Source of the DNA: Camelus dromedarius
Taxonomy: Eukaryota
NCBI RefSeq assembly: GCF_036321535.1
Contig: NC_087436.1
Location: 72,852,001-72,912,000 of the forward strand
Length of the DNA stretch: 60,000 nucleotides
Direction of reading: 5' to 3'
Both the position numbers and the translations under genes were made by a program. Below are positions 27,356 to 38,050 of this stretch, piece after piece; within the stretch, counting starts at the first letter, position 1, and each line of letters opens with the position of its first letter. The notes below the pieces were generated by a model. The model was not told where the DNA came from and did no database searches. It was given only the letters and a program-made list of their open reading frames with translations.

Positions 27356-27899
27356 ATTAATTCAGTTCCTAAGATCTAAACTCCTTCCTATTTTCCTTGT
27401 TTGTTTGACTAATAATCCTGGTGACAAAACTTAAGTGGAAGTTTATTAAAATTTCCCTTCTTAACTGGGTGCTTTTCCCCAATTACCATACAATAATAAA
27501 ATTATTTGTTCTTATTATAAAAACAATAGTAAACAACACAAGTTAACGTTACAAACAAAAAGTAAATACATTATTTAAAATTCATGTTGCTAGCTGTTTT
27601 CCTGAGACACATTCTGTCCATTTTCAAATGAGTAAGGCATTTTGTAGCTTGCCACCAGAATGGAGGTACCTTCATAAACTGTAGAAAAAAGAGGGGGGAA
27701 AAGGAGCAAACCATTCAAAAGAAACATACTAGGTAATTAAAAAAAAATCTAGAGCCAGCATTTTTGTTTTCAACTCATTAGTGTCATTTTGGTAATAAGT
27801 TAGGAGAACACTACAATTTTTTTGATAAGCCTTTACTCTACCCTATTAATCTGCTGGGAGGATCTGGGAAAGGAGATTCTTTGTACTGCTGGGAAAGCT

Positions 27900-28190
27900 A
27901 TGGAAAGTCACTGCTGTTTCTTGCTTGATGGAGATAAGGAAGCATGTGGCCCTGATCCCTGCTGGCCTCTTCTATGACCTAAAATGAATTAGCCAAGGAT
28001 GAAACCAACTCTTCAAATGGTGAGCAGAAAGACAGAAATAATATTTCTCTGCGTGGGAACTCTGATACAAGCAAGTGTGAATGCTACGCTTCCTCTGGAC
28101 TGCCAGGGCATGTGAGCCAATACGTCTCCTTCATTTTGAACTAGTTTGGTTGGGTTTGATGCTGTTACAGACAAAACAATCTTGTCTGAC
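27900..28190 (+). mobile_element. Old MLT1 (J/K-like) LTR fragment in BTC intron 5
   Basis: 3' motif catgtgagccaata...ctagtttggttgggttt. Confidence 0.55.
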
Positions 28191-28199
28191 TGAGCTAGC

Positions 28200-28640
28200 T
28201 GTGCTCGGTCTGCCCTTCCGGAACCTTCCTCTGCCCTGCTCTATGCTCCACGGGGCTGGCTGACCTCCAGATTGCATCACAAGGGCTCCCCTACCCTCTG
28301 AGTTCTCATGGGGTTTGGCTAGTGGGAGGCACCTGCTGAAGATCTGAAAGCAAGAGAGAGAAGGTTTGGGGTTATTCTTCCCATTTCCTGCCTGCTTCCT
28401 TGTTCAAGTGCTGGCAGTGGCTCTTACCATCCACAGCTACAGCTACAGTAGCTCCTGCCTAAACCGTGCCACCCCCGACCCGGGTGCAGCCAGCCTCTCA
28501 ACGCCAAAATCACTCTTCCCCAGCCGTTCCATGCATAGGAGGGGCACAGCTGCCCACCATCGATAGACTCTAGGAGCCCCCACATTCCTATGGGCTCCCT
28601 CCACCCTGCCCTCCCAGCCCCTTCATCAGAATCTCTTTAT
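28200..28640. mobile_element. ERVL LTR33-like element in BTC intron 5
   Basis: ctctgccctgctctatgctcc...ggggctggctgacctc...gggtttggctagtgggaggcac, recalled as LTR33. Confidence 0.65.
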
Positions 28641-29148
28641 TGGATCATCCGGGGGGATTTGTGATTCCCACTATCCCATTTGATAGAACATTTAAAGAGC
28701 TCCAAACAATGCTTGGCATGTGGTAACTGCTCAATAAATATGGTTATTATTAAAACATTGCTATGTTCTTTCAATGTGAGATATCTAAAATACTTCTTCC
28801 TGTGTCCCCAAATGAAAAATATACCAAATATCGCTAATATTTTATAAAAATATAAAGTCACTACTACAACCATGCAGAACCAGAAAGCACACTGATCTCA
28901 GTACATTAGAAAACATATATAAAAGTCCTTTCTCCCATGTGCTATCTCTGCAGTATCATGCAAAAGAAAGATATGAGAGAGTCTTCTATTTGGCTTCAGA
29001 GTCTATGAAAAAATCATCAACTTATTTTGAGATGTTTTTAAACACAATCAAATTCCAGTCAATGATTTACTAGATGCAGTTAAGCCCCACTTTACCAGGT
29101 AAATGTCCCTGATTAGTTTCCCATCAACCATGTTTATCGAACTTACCG

Positions 29149-29257
29149 TTAAGCAATACTAGTCTCTTGAATGTCTTCATTTATAGGAGTTGCATCTTTA
29201 CCCAGAGTTTCCATTTCTTCTTCTTTCTTTCTTCTTTTACGATGTTTCCGAAGAGGA
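29149..29257 (-). CDS. BTC: Betacellulin exon 5 coding part (cytoplasmic tail): PLRKHRKRRKKEEEMETLGKDATPINEDIQETSIA*
   Basis: Branch-like ctaac plus acceptor tttattttccaag|T. TAA at 29151-29149, then 2 nt, then donor CG|gtaagt (exon 29147-29257). Matches the recalled BTC C-terminus. Confidence 0.98.
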
Positions 29258-30431
29258 CTTGGAAAATAAAGTGTTAGAAATTAGTGTGGGCCTATTAGTT
29301 CACAGAATCACAAAATTAATCATCAAGAGGACCTATGATCTTATTTCTAGACTGTTAGAAATGTATGGGTTCCTTTTAAAAAATATATATTTTACGTTCT
29401 CTCTTAATCCATCTCTTTCTCTAGGCTGAAATGACAGCTACAACCGCAACAGTGTGGATAGAATTTAGTTGTATCTATATAGAAAGGATAGGGTACCTGA
29501 TTGTTGACAATGCATGGGGAGCAGAGGAAAATTTTTTGGGTCAAGCCATGTCACAAACTAGACTGATAAGTATTTAGTGCGTAAACAAGAAATAGAACAA
29601 AAAGGAAACAGACATGAGAAAACCAAAGAGAAGGAGGATAGCTCTGGATGTGCTATATTAAGAAATACGTTAGATATTCTAGACTGCAGTCCAGTTTTCT
29701 TGAAGCGTAATACAAAATTCAGTAAAATAGGGCATTTCCCAGCTCTGCCCCAAACTTGGCATTATAAAAATGCCAAGTATTTTTTTTTTGCCATAAAGGT
29801 AAAATGTTAAAAATAACTTTTGCTTTTATAGCTAGAAGAAATCCTATGGATTATTTGGTTTAATCCTCTTGTCTTACAGAAAATAAAAGTAAAGATGTTG
29901 AAAAATTTGTTCAAGTTCTCAAAAATGTTTAATGCCAGAGCTGGGATGAAAATCAAAGACCCTAGACTCTTGATAGCTATGCTCATGTTTTTCTACCAAG
30001 GATGCTGTAAAGAAAGGAATCACATGACACCCTCTTCTAAGGTGTACCACAGCTTCAAAGTAAGTGTAACAGTTCAGGAGACTTCTCAAGACAAGAAGCT
30101 AGCACTTTAAGATTCTGTGGGAGTCCTGGTCAGATAAAAAAAATTGACAGGTTTCCAAAACTAACTTAAGAATTGAAACAAGCCATTCTGTCTTAGAGAA
30201 GAAAACAAGGTTGTTCTTGATTACTGAGGCTGTGATATATAGTGAAAAGTAAAGACAGGAAAAACAGTGCAATTATCTTTTGGAAATAAAATTCAGGTTT
30301 TCAGTGTGACCAAGAAAAAAACATTTTGGTTTGCTTGTTTCTATCTTTCAAAGTTACTGTGTCATGGTACAGTTTAATAGTCTTGTTTAGCCTACTAACA
30401 AACACACAAAAAATATGACTGACTACAGGAC

Positions 30432-30728
30432 TAAATAATTGACACACAACATTGTATCCTTTTCAGGTATACAGCATAATGATTTGATATTTGTTTATAC
30501 TGAAAAATGATCACCACAGTAAGTTTACTTATCATCCATCACTACAGTTATAAAATGTTTCTTTTTTGAAATGTGAACTTTTAAGATCTTCTCCATTAGC
30601 AACTTTCAAATACACAATACTGTGTTGTTAACTATAGTCACCAGTGTACATTACATCCTCAGGACCCATTTATCTTACAACTAGAAGCTTGTACGTTTGG
30701 GTCACCTTCATCCATTTTGCCCACTTCC
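30432..30728 (-). mobile_element. L1MA9-like 3' end in BTC intron 4
   Basis: ttagcaactttcaaatacacaatactgtgttgttaactatagtcacca; reverse of the type seen at 16435. Confidence 0.8.
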
Positions 30729-30978
30729 TTTTTTTCATTTAAGATATTTATATAAATTTTATTTTAAATTATAATAATTATGCTCAGTGAAATGAAAAAA
30801 AAAAATCAAGTGTCATGTGTTTCATTACTTCAAAGTAAAGGATGGCAAATTGTGAAAAGCAATTTACATAAAAGCCAAAAGGAAAGAAAAGGTAGGTAGG
30901 AGAGAGAGAAGGAAAGGAAATTGTGAACAAGATGAAAAATTTTCAGATTTACTTTAAAGTAAATTTAAAAATACTTAC

Positions 30979-31125
30979 TGACAGCATGTGCAGACACCAA
31001 CCACCAAAATGATAAAAATGACCATAACTGCTATCAAACAAATCACCAAAATCTGCCCTCTATCTCCTCTTAAGTAAAACAAGTCAACTCTCTCACATCT
31101 TGCCCCAGCGTAGCCTTCCTCACAG
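30979..31125 (-). CDS. BTC: Betacellulin exon 4 (EGF C5-C6 loop, stalk, transmembrane helix): CEEGYAGARCERVDLFYLRGDRGQILVICLIAVMVIFIILVVGVCTCCH
   Basis: Acceptor ttctatttttacag|C, donor CA|gtaagt. 147 bp, phase 2-2. GYxGxRC EGF motif followed by a hydrophobic TM segment. Confidence 0.98.
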
Positions 31126-33321
31126 CTGTAAAAATAGAACAAGAAGAGGGCAAGAAAGTGAAAAGTGAAAAAATTTTAAGAATCTCTACTATGTCTTTTT
31201 CAAAGAAACTAACAGTTTTCATTACTTGGAATTAATAAAGGACACAATTGGTTTAAAAAAATCTTTAAGCTGTACAACCACTGCATTCATAAGTTTCATT
31301 CTTCACTTTGCTGAAAACTTGTCATCACTTGAACATCAGTAACAATATGCCTAATATAAATCACTAGGGATGGTAACAGTTTACTAAAATTTTCTTGAAA
31401 TTTTAGATTCTGAGTTTGAAAGGGAGGGGTGATAAACTCCCTACACAGCACTCCCAAGTGCTTAAATACCTCCATGGCAGGGAATTCAAAAACCCCCAGG
31501 AGCCCTCATTTCATCAGAGGGCAATGCAAACAGTTTCAGCATGCACAAGTTCTCTTACTATAAATTATTTTTAAAGTATACGGTTTTATATAGTCAACCA
31601 CGGAAGACACAGAAAGTTCCATAAATGTTATTCTACAGGATTTCTCCCCTTCCCCACCCCTGCTGCCCCCAGCCTCTCTTTATAACTTCCAGCTTTCAGG
31701 TCTAGTTCTACCACTTGTAGGAGTCACAGATTTTTAGGTGATGCTCTTCTATTCACCACCCCCCCAACTGCATCCCCTCAAAACATCATAGGGCTTGTCC
31801 TCTCCAGTTCCTTCATCTGATCCTCAAAGGCCCCATTTTCAGATCTGTACACCATCCCCTCCACTGTCCTCTGAATGCTCCCCTCTCTTCTCCATGACCC
31901 TGGTAAAGTGCAGTGACCAGAAATCAACAAGCTGTCCAAGTGGCACTGTCACCTCTCTCATTCTCCCAACTCTATCAATATTCAGTCCTGAATTCACCTC
32001 AACTTAGTAGATGCCCCCATGTCTGAAGTTACAGATACAGATCCATTGGACCAAGCCAAGACTGTCCAAGCAACACTCAACCAACTTAAGTAGCAGTGAT
32101 TTACGGACCATCCACAGTATTCTCTGAATTGTGTCGGATGCTTAAAAGATGCATGAAAAGGACATTTTAAAACCAAAATGATACATTGCAATGTCAGGAC
32201 CTTTACACTAACAAATATGTTCCCTTTTTTTCTCCTTGGGCTCATTCCAAACACAAAGAGATACTGGTCATATACATAATTATTTCAACCTCAGACACGT
32301 GAAACTCTGCTTCCTGAAAAGATTTAAAGATTTCTGTGTAACCTCATTTTTTGGTTATTGTTTGTTTGAAGAAAGGATCCATTGCCAGGTAGCTCTGGAG
32401 TTTATGTTTGATAAAAGCCAAGGCAGTTAACGCGCACAAAGCCTGTATTTCTCAAGTAAGGAGATCCCTTACTGACAATACTATAGCCGACACAATGCTT
32501 AAAAAATAAATCTAGCTCAGTCACAAACATCAACTGAAAGGTAAGACTAAATGTAAGCAAAGGACAAAAAACACCTAACGCTGTCTATTGCAAAATGACC
32601 TCAGCACATATGAGGGAAAATTTCTTCCTGCAGAATAGCTGGGATCTTCATTTCAAGGTCAAAATAACTGGAAGAGAGCTTAGAAATATCTTGAATATCA
32701 AAAATCTCTTGTATATAGGATTAGACCTAGGGGGAATATCACTTTTAATTGCATGTGTGGGAGGGAGATTTTTAAGAGTTTTTTTTAAAGGTTATAATTA
32801 AAATCTTACACATATAGTCTCTTCCAATTAGCTGAAATTTTTTTTAACAAATTTACTAAAAACAGCATTTTTAAACAATAACTTTGCCTATAAAAGACAT
32901 AGCAATTACTTGCTGCTCTTTTAGAATGTTTTTCTAATGATAAGCTCCGGGTTCAGTTGCTCAACCATGCTTTAAATGACTTTCTCAGTGAGCAGTCCTT
33001 CCTGTAAGTTATAACCCAGTGAAGCCACGTACAAGGTCAGATTCTTATATAGCCAGTTATAATGGCTCTCACATTATTTCACTGCTCATCAAATTAATCA
33101 CATATTAGCCAATGGCCATTTCAATGGGAGAGGAAGAGGCAAAGGGTGAAAGATGCTAGTAAATTTTTATTAAATGCTGAGTAAATGAATGAGTTTCTAT
33201 CTAGTAAACATCTTATAATTAAATCTTATAAATTAAAATTAAAAATTATAATTAAATTAATTTTATGTTACAAATTAACATTATAAGTTAGAATTAAAAA
33301 TAACATTTAAAGATGCTATGA

Positions 33322-33364
<43 letters not shown>

Positions 33365-33404
33365 AAAAAATGTATTATTATAAAGTCACTATGATTTAAA
33401 AAAA
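33322..33404 (+). mobile_element. Tiny retro-insertion: (TAAA)n + 27-nt unique sequence + poly(A), with 13-bp TSD
   Basis: aaagatgctatga at 33309-33321 and 33405-33417, with a TTT/AAAG L1 endonuclease-type site. Confidence 0.8.
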
Positions 33405-34304
33405 AAAGATGCTATGACCCTTGAGGACTGTTCAAAATCAGGATTTGGGGGGGTTATTCTGAAATAATCAGACAATGTTCTAAGAGATTTATGAATAGTA
33501 ACTCAATTGATCCCTATAACAACCTTTGAAGTAGTTGCTGTTATTAACCCCATTTTGCAGGTGGAGAAACTGAGGTGTAGAGAGAGTGAGTGGGCCTAGG
33601 ATTCAAGGCAGGAAGTCTGGCTCCCAAGGTCATGTGTCCAACCACATGTCACACTGCCTACACAAACTTTGCCACATAAATAAATAAAAGTTATGTATCT
33701 GAAAACAGATCAAACAGTTCCAAAAAAAAAAAAAATACTAAGAAGACCAAGAAGGGATTTCAGTTATTTGAAACACACTTTGGTTTTTTATGTAAGGACA
33801 GGAGTCCACAAACCCCTATGATCCCAAGCAGGAGGAGATATTTCTGGTTTCCTAAGACAGCATAATCACCAATAGCAAGGCAGTTTTGGGTGAATCAGGG
33901 CTACACCAAGTCACCTATAAAGTCAGGTCCAGGTGGAATATCTCCCATTCATTTCAATGGTACAATTTACCAAACATTGACTCTACACTGGGTACCACAA
34001 TAAGTATTTTTGCTTGATGTATTATTTTGCTTAATTTTCAGCACTTGAAAGGAACAATTCTGTGGATGATAAAACACTTAGGAAGGGTGGCTGACCCATT
34101 GTTAATGCTGCTTATAACTGGTGGAAACAAAATCTTAACTTAGGTCTATCTGACTCCAGAGTCTATGTCCTGACTCCTATCCTCTTCCTCCTCCCCTCGA
34201 TTTTGTATCATTCCACCACTGAGAAGGTGTTCCTGGTTCAGACGAAGGCCTTGGTTTTGACATTTAGCACAGCACTTGGGGAACCGTGATTGAGGGATTT
34301 GCTT

Positions 34305-34840
34305 GCTTATTCATCAGACATTTCCTGAGCACCTCACAAATCCTAGACACCGTGCTTGGCACTGAATACGAAAATGAATAACGCCCTCTAAGAGTTCACA
34401 GCTGCAGAGGGGACTTTCAAAGAAACCAACAGTTATGCTTCAGGACAAAAGAGCTTTCACAGAAGTGTGACTGGATCACAGAAGAAGGACATCTAACTCA
34501 AGTCAATGCGGGGGTCCAGGAGGAGCTGATATTTGAGTTGAATCTTAAAGCATCAGTAAGAATAAACTTTCCAGACTATGAGAAGAGCTTGTCCAATAAA
34601 CCTTGCAAAGGAGTGTAGGATTTCAGACCATTTGGGAATATGATGAGAGATACAGCTAGAAAGATAAGCCAGGATCAGAGCAGCTATGGAAGAAACGAGT
34701 TTTAACCTCTGACTGAGGGGCCAGACTGCGTATTGATCTAAGGCAGGTCAATCTCATGCTGTGGTTTCATTCTAGAAGGCAGCAGTGTTCAAGAGCAGTC
34801 AACCACAGACAGAAGGACCAGTTAGAAAAATGTACTGGTT
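34305..34840 (-). mobile_element. L2 LINE 3' fragment
   Basis: attcatcagacatttcctgagcacc...gtgcttggcactg...tttgagttgaatcttaaag. Confidence 0.6.
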
Positions 34841-35796
34841 AAAGGGGATTATTAATCTTTTTAAAGTTCATTATACTCTCCCAAGCCAGTTAGTAATTAA
34901 ATGAAAATTTTTTAAAATTAGCTCTATCTTTCCCAAGCACATCTTTCTTATTTTCTTACATAGCAATTCTTACTCTCCTCTATTATCTCTGTATATTTAT
35001 TTTCTAATTAAATTTAATTATAATTAAACTTTGAAGCAGTCCATTCCTCTTCAATGTTCCACTGCATCAGGGCTTGGAATCACTGTTCTGAGATACTTGT
35101 TTTAAAAAAAAAGGGACTGTCGGGCAAGCACAGAGAAGAACATAAACATTCTATAAACCTTAGATCAAAATTGTGCTTAAAAACCACCTTGCTCCCTATG
35201 AGGTAGTCTCAGACAGCACTTTAGAGGAACATCTTTTTAGAAGAGAATAAATGTTGAAGATATGCAAAACATCTGTTTGTGCCTGAGTAAAATTAAACTT
35301 GGACTCCATCTGCTAAGAGTTGGAAAGAGAACTTTTCTCCCAGTTCCCCGCTATACTCAACAGGCTTCGTGAATCTCTGTAAATAGGACTGATTTCTAGC
35401 CACTGAATTGTCCCCTGCAAAAGTAGCTTTTAATTTGGCAGAAATGCCTTCATATTTACATTCGCTGTGAACCACCTAACACATGCCAGAAGAATGTGTT
35501 TCCACTGGCACCACCTGGGAGATTATTTGAGCTGAAAAGCATCCTTAATGCTGGACAGAAACAGTTTTGCTTGCGCAAGGCAGCAGAGGACACGGTCCCG
35601 CCTGGCAGGGGATCGCACGCTCAAATTTCAGCAGGAAAGTGTGCGTCAGTTTCTCCATAAGTAGCTGCGGGCCCCTAAGCAAGTGGTCGGGTGGCAGGAC
35701 CAGCTAACTCGGTTAGCTCAGACTTTCCAGTGCTGTCAAGCCCCAAGCCGGCACCAGCCTGCACCTTTGCTGGTCAGCTCCTCGTGCTCCACTTAC

Positions 35797-35914
35797 ACAC
35801 AGGAGGGCGTCTGCTCGGCCACCACGAAGCGACATCTCCCTTTGATGCAGTAATGCTTGTATTGCCTGGGGCACCGAGAGAAGTGGCCTCTTCTCTTTGG
35901 TTGTGTGGTGGTAG
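35797..35914 (-). CDS. BTC: Betacellulin exon 3 (EGF domain C1-C4): ATTTQPKRRGHFSRCPRQYKHYCIKGRCRFVVAEQTPSCV
   Basis: Acceptor ttttctcattcttcag|CT, donor GT|gtaagt. 118 bp, phase 1-2. EGF cysteine spacing; the sequence is recognisable as BTC. Confidence 0.98.
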
Positions 35915-36267
35915 CTGAAGAATGAGAAAAGGTTCAATAAATCAACTCACTTTAAATACACATTTGGGAGGAGAATCATATTCCTACCTGTGCTGCCACT
36001 TTTTCTGTAGACCAGATGCCAATCTCTCATCTTCTCTCCTCACTGGAATATGTCTGAGTTTTGTGACCAGAAACTAACTCTAGAATGGGAATAGTAATGG
36101 GAATTGTGATGGGAACGTTTCATATTTTAATTAAGACTTGTGCCCAAACTACTTCTCAGAAACATTGGTATTGTTAAAAGGGTAAAGCATCGTTGTGACA
36201 AGAGAGAAGGCTCTTCTTTGCATGAAGACTGAGCCATAGGACTGACGGCACTGAAAAGTGAGACGGT

Positions 36268-36328
36268 TTTTTCTTTTCTTTTCTTTTCTTTTCTTTTCTT
36301 TTCTTTTCTTTTCTTTCCTTTTCTTTTT
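36268..36328. repeat. (TTTTC)n microsatellite
   Basis: Directly visible. Confidence 0.95.
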
Positions 36329-36388
36329 TAAATTTAAACACCTAGCACTTACTGAGTGCCTGATGCCAGTCTATATGCTTTACAAAGA

Positions 36389-36561
36389 GAATCTTCCCTC
36401 GGTATTCACAGGGACTGGTTCCAGGACCCCACGTGATACCCAAATACACAGATGCTCAAGTCCTTTATGTAAAATGGTGTTTACCGTCGACCCCCTATAC
36501 TCCCTGGTTTGGTTCTGTGGTTGGTTGAATCCGCAGATGCACAGATTTGGAGGGAAGACTG
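36389..36561. mobile_element. MER2-like Tigger MITE nested in a MIR
   Basis: TIR tcttccctc / gagggaagactg followed by TA, with internal ggttccaggaccc and gatgctcaagtcc. The minus-strand MIR continues on both sides (36340-36770). Confidence 0.8.
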
Positions 36562-37819
36562 TATTAACTCGTTTAATACTCATAACAGCCTTGTGAGGGA
36601 AGTATCCTTCTAATTCCTACTTATGGATGAGCAAAGCACAGCACACAGAGGCTAAGTCACCTTCCCAGATCATGCAGTTAGCGCAGGACTAGGGCAGAAC
36701 AGGGACTCAAACCCAGGCGGTCTTGCCCCAGAGTCCAAGCTTTTGACTGCTCCGCTCTGGCGCTCTGTAAAGCAGGTAGCTGTCATCTGCTCTCAGCCTA
36801 AGGCACCCGGAAGTTCTGCTTGTCTGAATGGGAGGTTCTCCCTCTCATCTGACCTCTGGAGGGTTTCTCTTGCCCTGAAGGAAGAAAACACTGGGAGCTT
36901 CATATCTGGGATTTCAATCCTATCCTGACTTTCTTGTCTTACCTTTTAGAGTCTTGATTGCCTACTTTTTCAACGTGGGGGAGGGGAGCAGTAATATGTA
37001 ACAATTTCTCCATCACTTACCTGTAGAAAGTTTCAATAAATAAGGATTGTCAAGAGAGACAATATAGAAATGCTAACAAGCTACTCCACGTGTTGACTCA
37101 CGACAGACAGGTGCCCACGCCCAGAGAAAACAGCTGACTAGCCAGCTGCAGCCCAGGGTCGGACTTTCCACAGCCACGGACACTGTGGAACTAGAAAGAC
37201 CGTGGTGGTCACTTCAGAAGAGCATTTCACACTAGGTTTGATACGGCACCCCAGTGACATTAAACAATCATTTTATTGACAGCAATGACTACTAAACAAC
37301 TTAATTAATATTATGACATGAGTATATATGATTGCCCAGGGCCACCAGTAAGAGGAATCGCAAAGAAATCTGAGTGATCTATACACAGCAGATTCCTGTG
37401 ATGCCAGGTCATAGGGTTTCAGAGGGGGTCAGAGTGTTGCAGAGGAGCTGGCTGACCTGGTTTTGATTGCTGACTTGATTACCAGCGATGCTGACTCCTT
37501 GTATGTGCCAGATATTTGTTCCCATGCATGCCAATCAACGGGACTCATTGAAATTTCTCCCAGGAAAAACTGCAACATGACTCAGAGGCAAAGATCTGTG
37601 TACTTTGGCAAAAAAAATCGATCAGTCAAATTCCACTGGTCAAGTACTTCCTCTTTCCAGAGCTCTGTAGTAGGCACTGGAAAATATCGAAGAGATAAGG
37701 GATAGCCTATCTAACTCTCTACATTGGTATTTACAATGGAGCAAATTAAAGTCAATAATAAGCGACCAACTAGTAAAAACAGCCATAGAAACCACACAGA
37801 CAGTTGTGAGACACTGGAA

Positions 37820-38050
37820 ACGAAATGGTGGGAAAAACAGTGGATTAGGAAAAGGAAATTAGTGTTTCATTTTCAGCTCTGCCTTTAGCTGGCCCTCTGG
37901 GTCCAGACAAGCTAATTAAGCTGTCTGAGCCTCAGTTTCATCATCTGGAAACTGAAGATGATAACATCTACCTTACAAGGCGGTTGAGAGGCTCAAGTCA
38001 AAAATACATGTGGAAATTCCTAGCAAAGTGCCTGGGACAATAAAGAGAAT
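37820..38050 (+). mobile_element. MIR SINE
   Basis: tctgagcctcagtttcatcatctggaaa...ataacatctacctt core. Confidence 0.75.

Larger units (their letters stand above)
25760..27678 (-). other. BTC: BTC terminal non-coding exon 6 (3' UTR); 3' end approximate
   Basis: Strong acceptor cccctcttttttctacag|TTTATGAAGG at 27679-27680. The following sequence (CATTTGAAAATGGACAGAATGTGTCTCAGGAAAACAGCTAG) resembles the recalled BTC 3' UTR. The end is inferred from poly(A) signals. Confidence 0.8.

Noticed and set aside
35560..35920. CpG-rich patch as a promoter (TTGCGCAA, CCTTTGAT motifs)
   Set aside because: Largely explained by BTC coding exon 3 and its flank, and too short for a CpG island.
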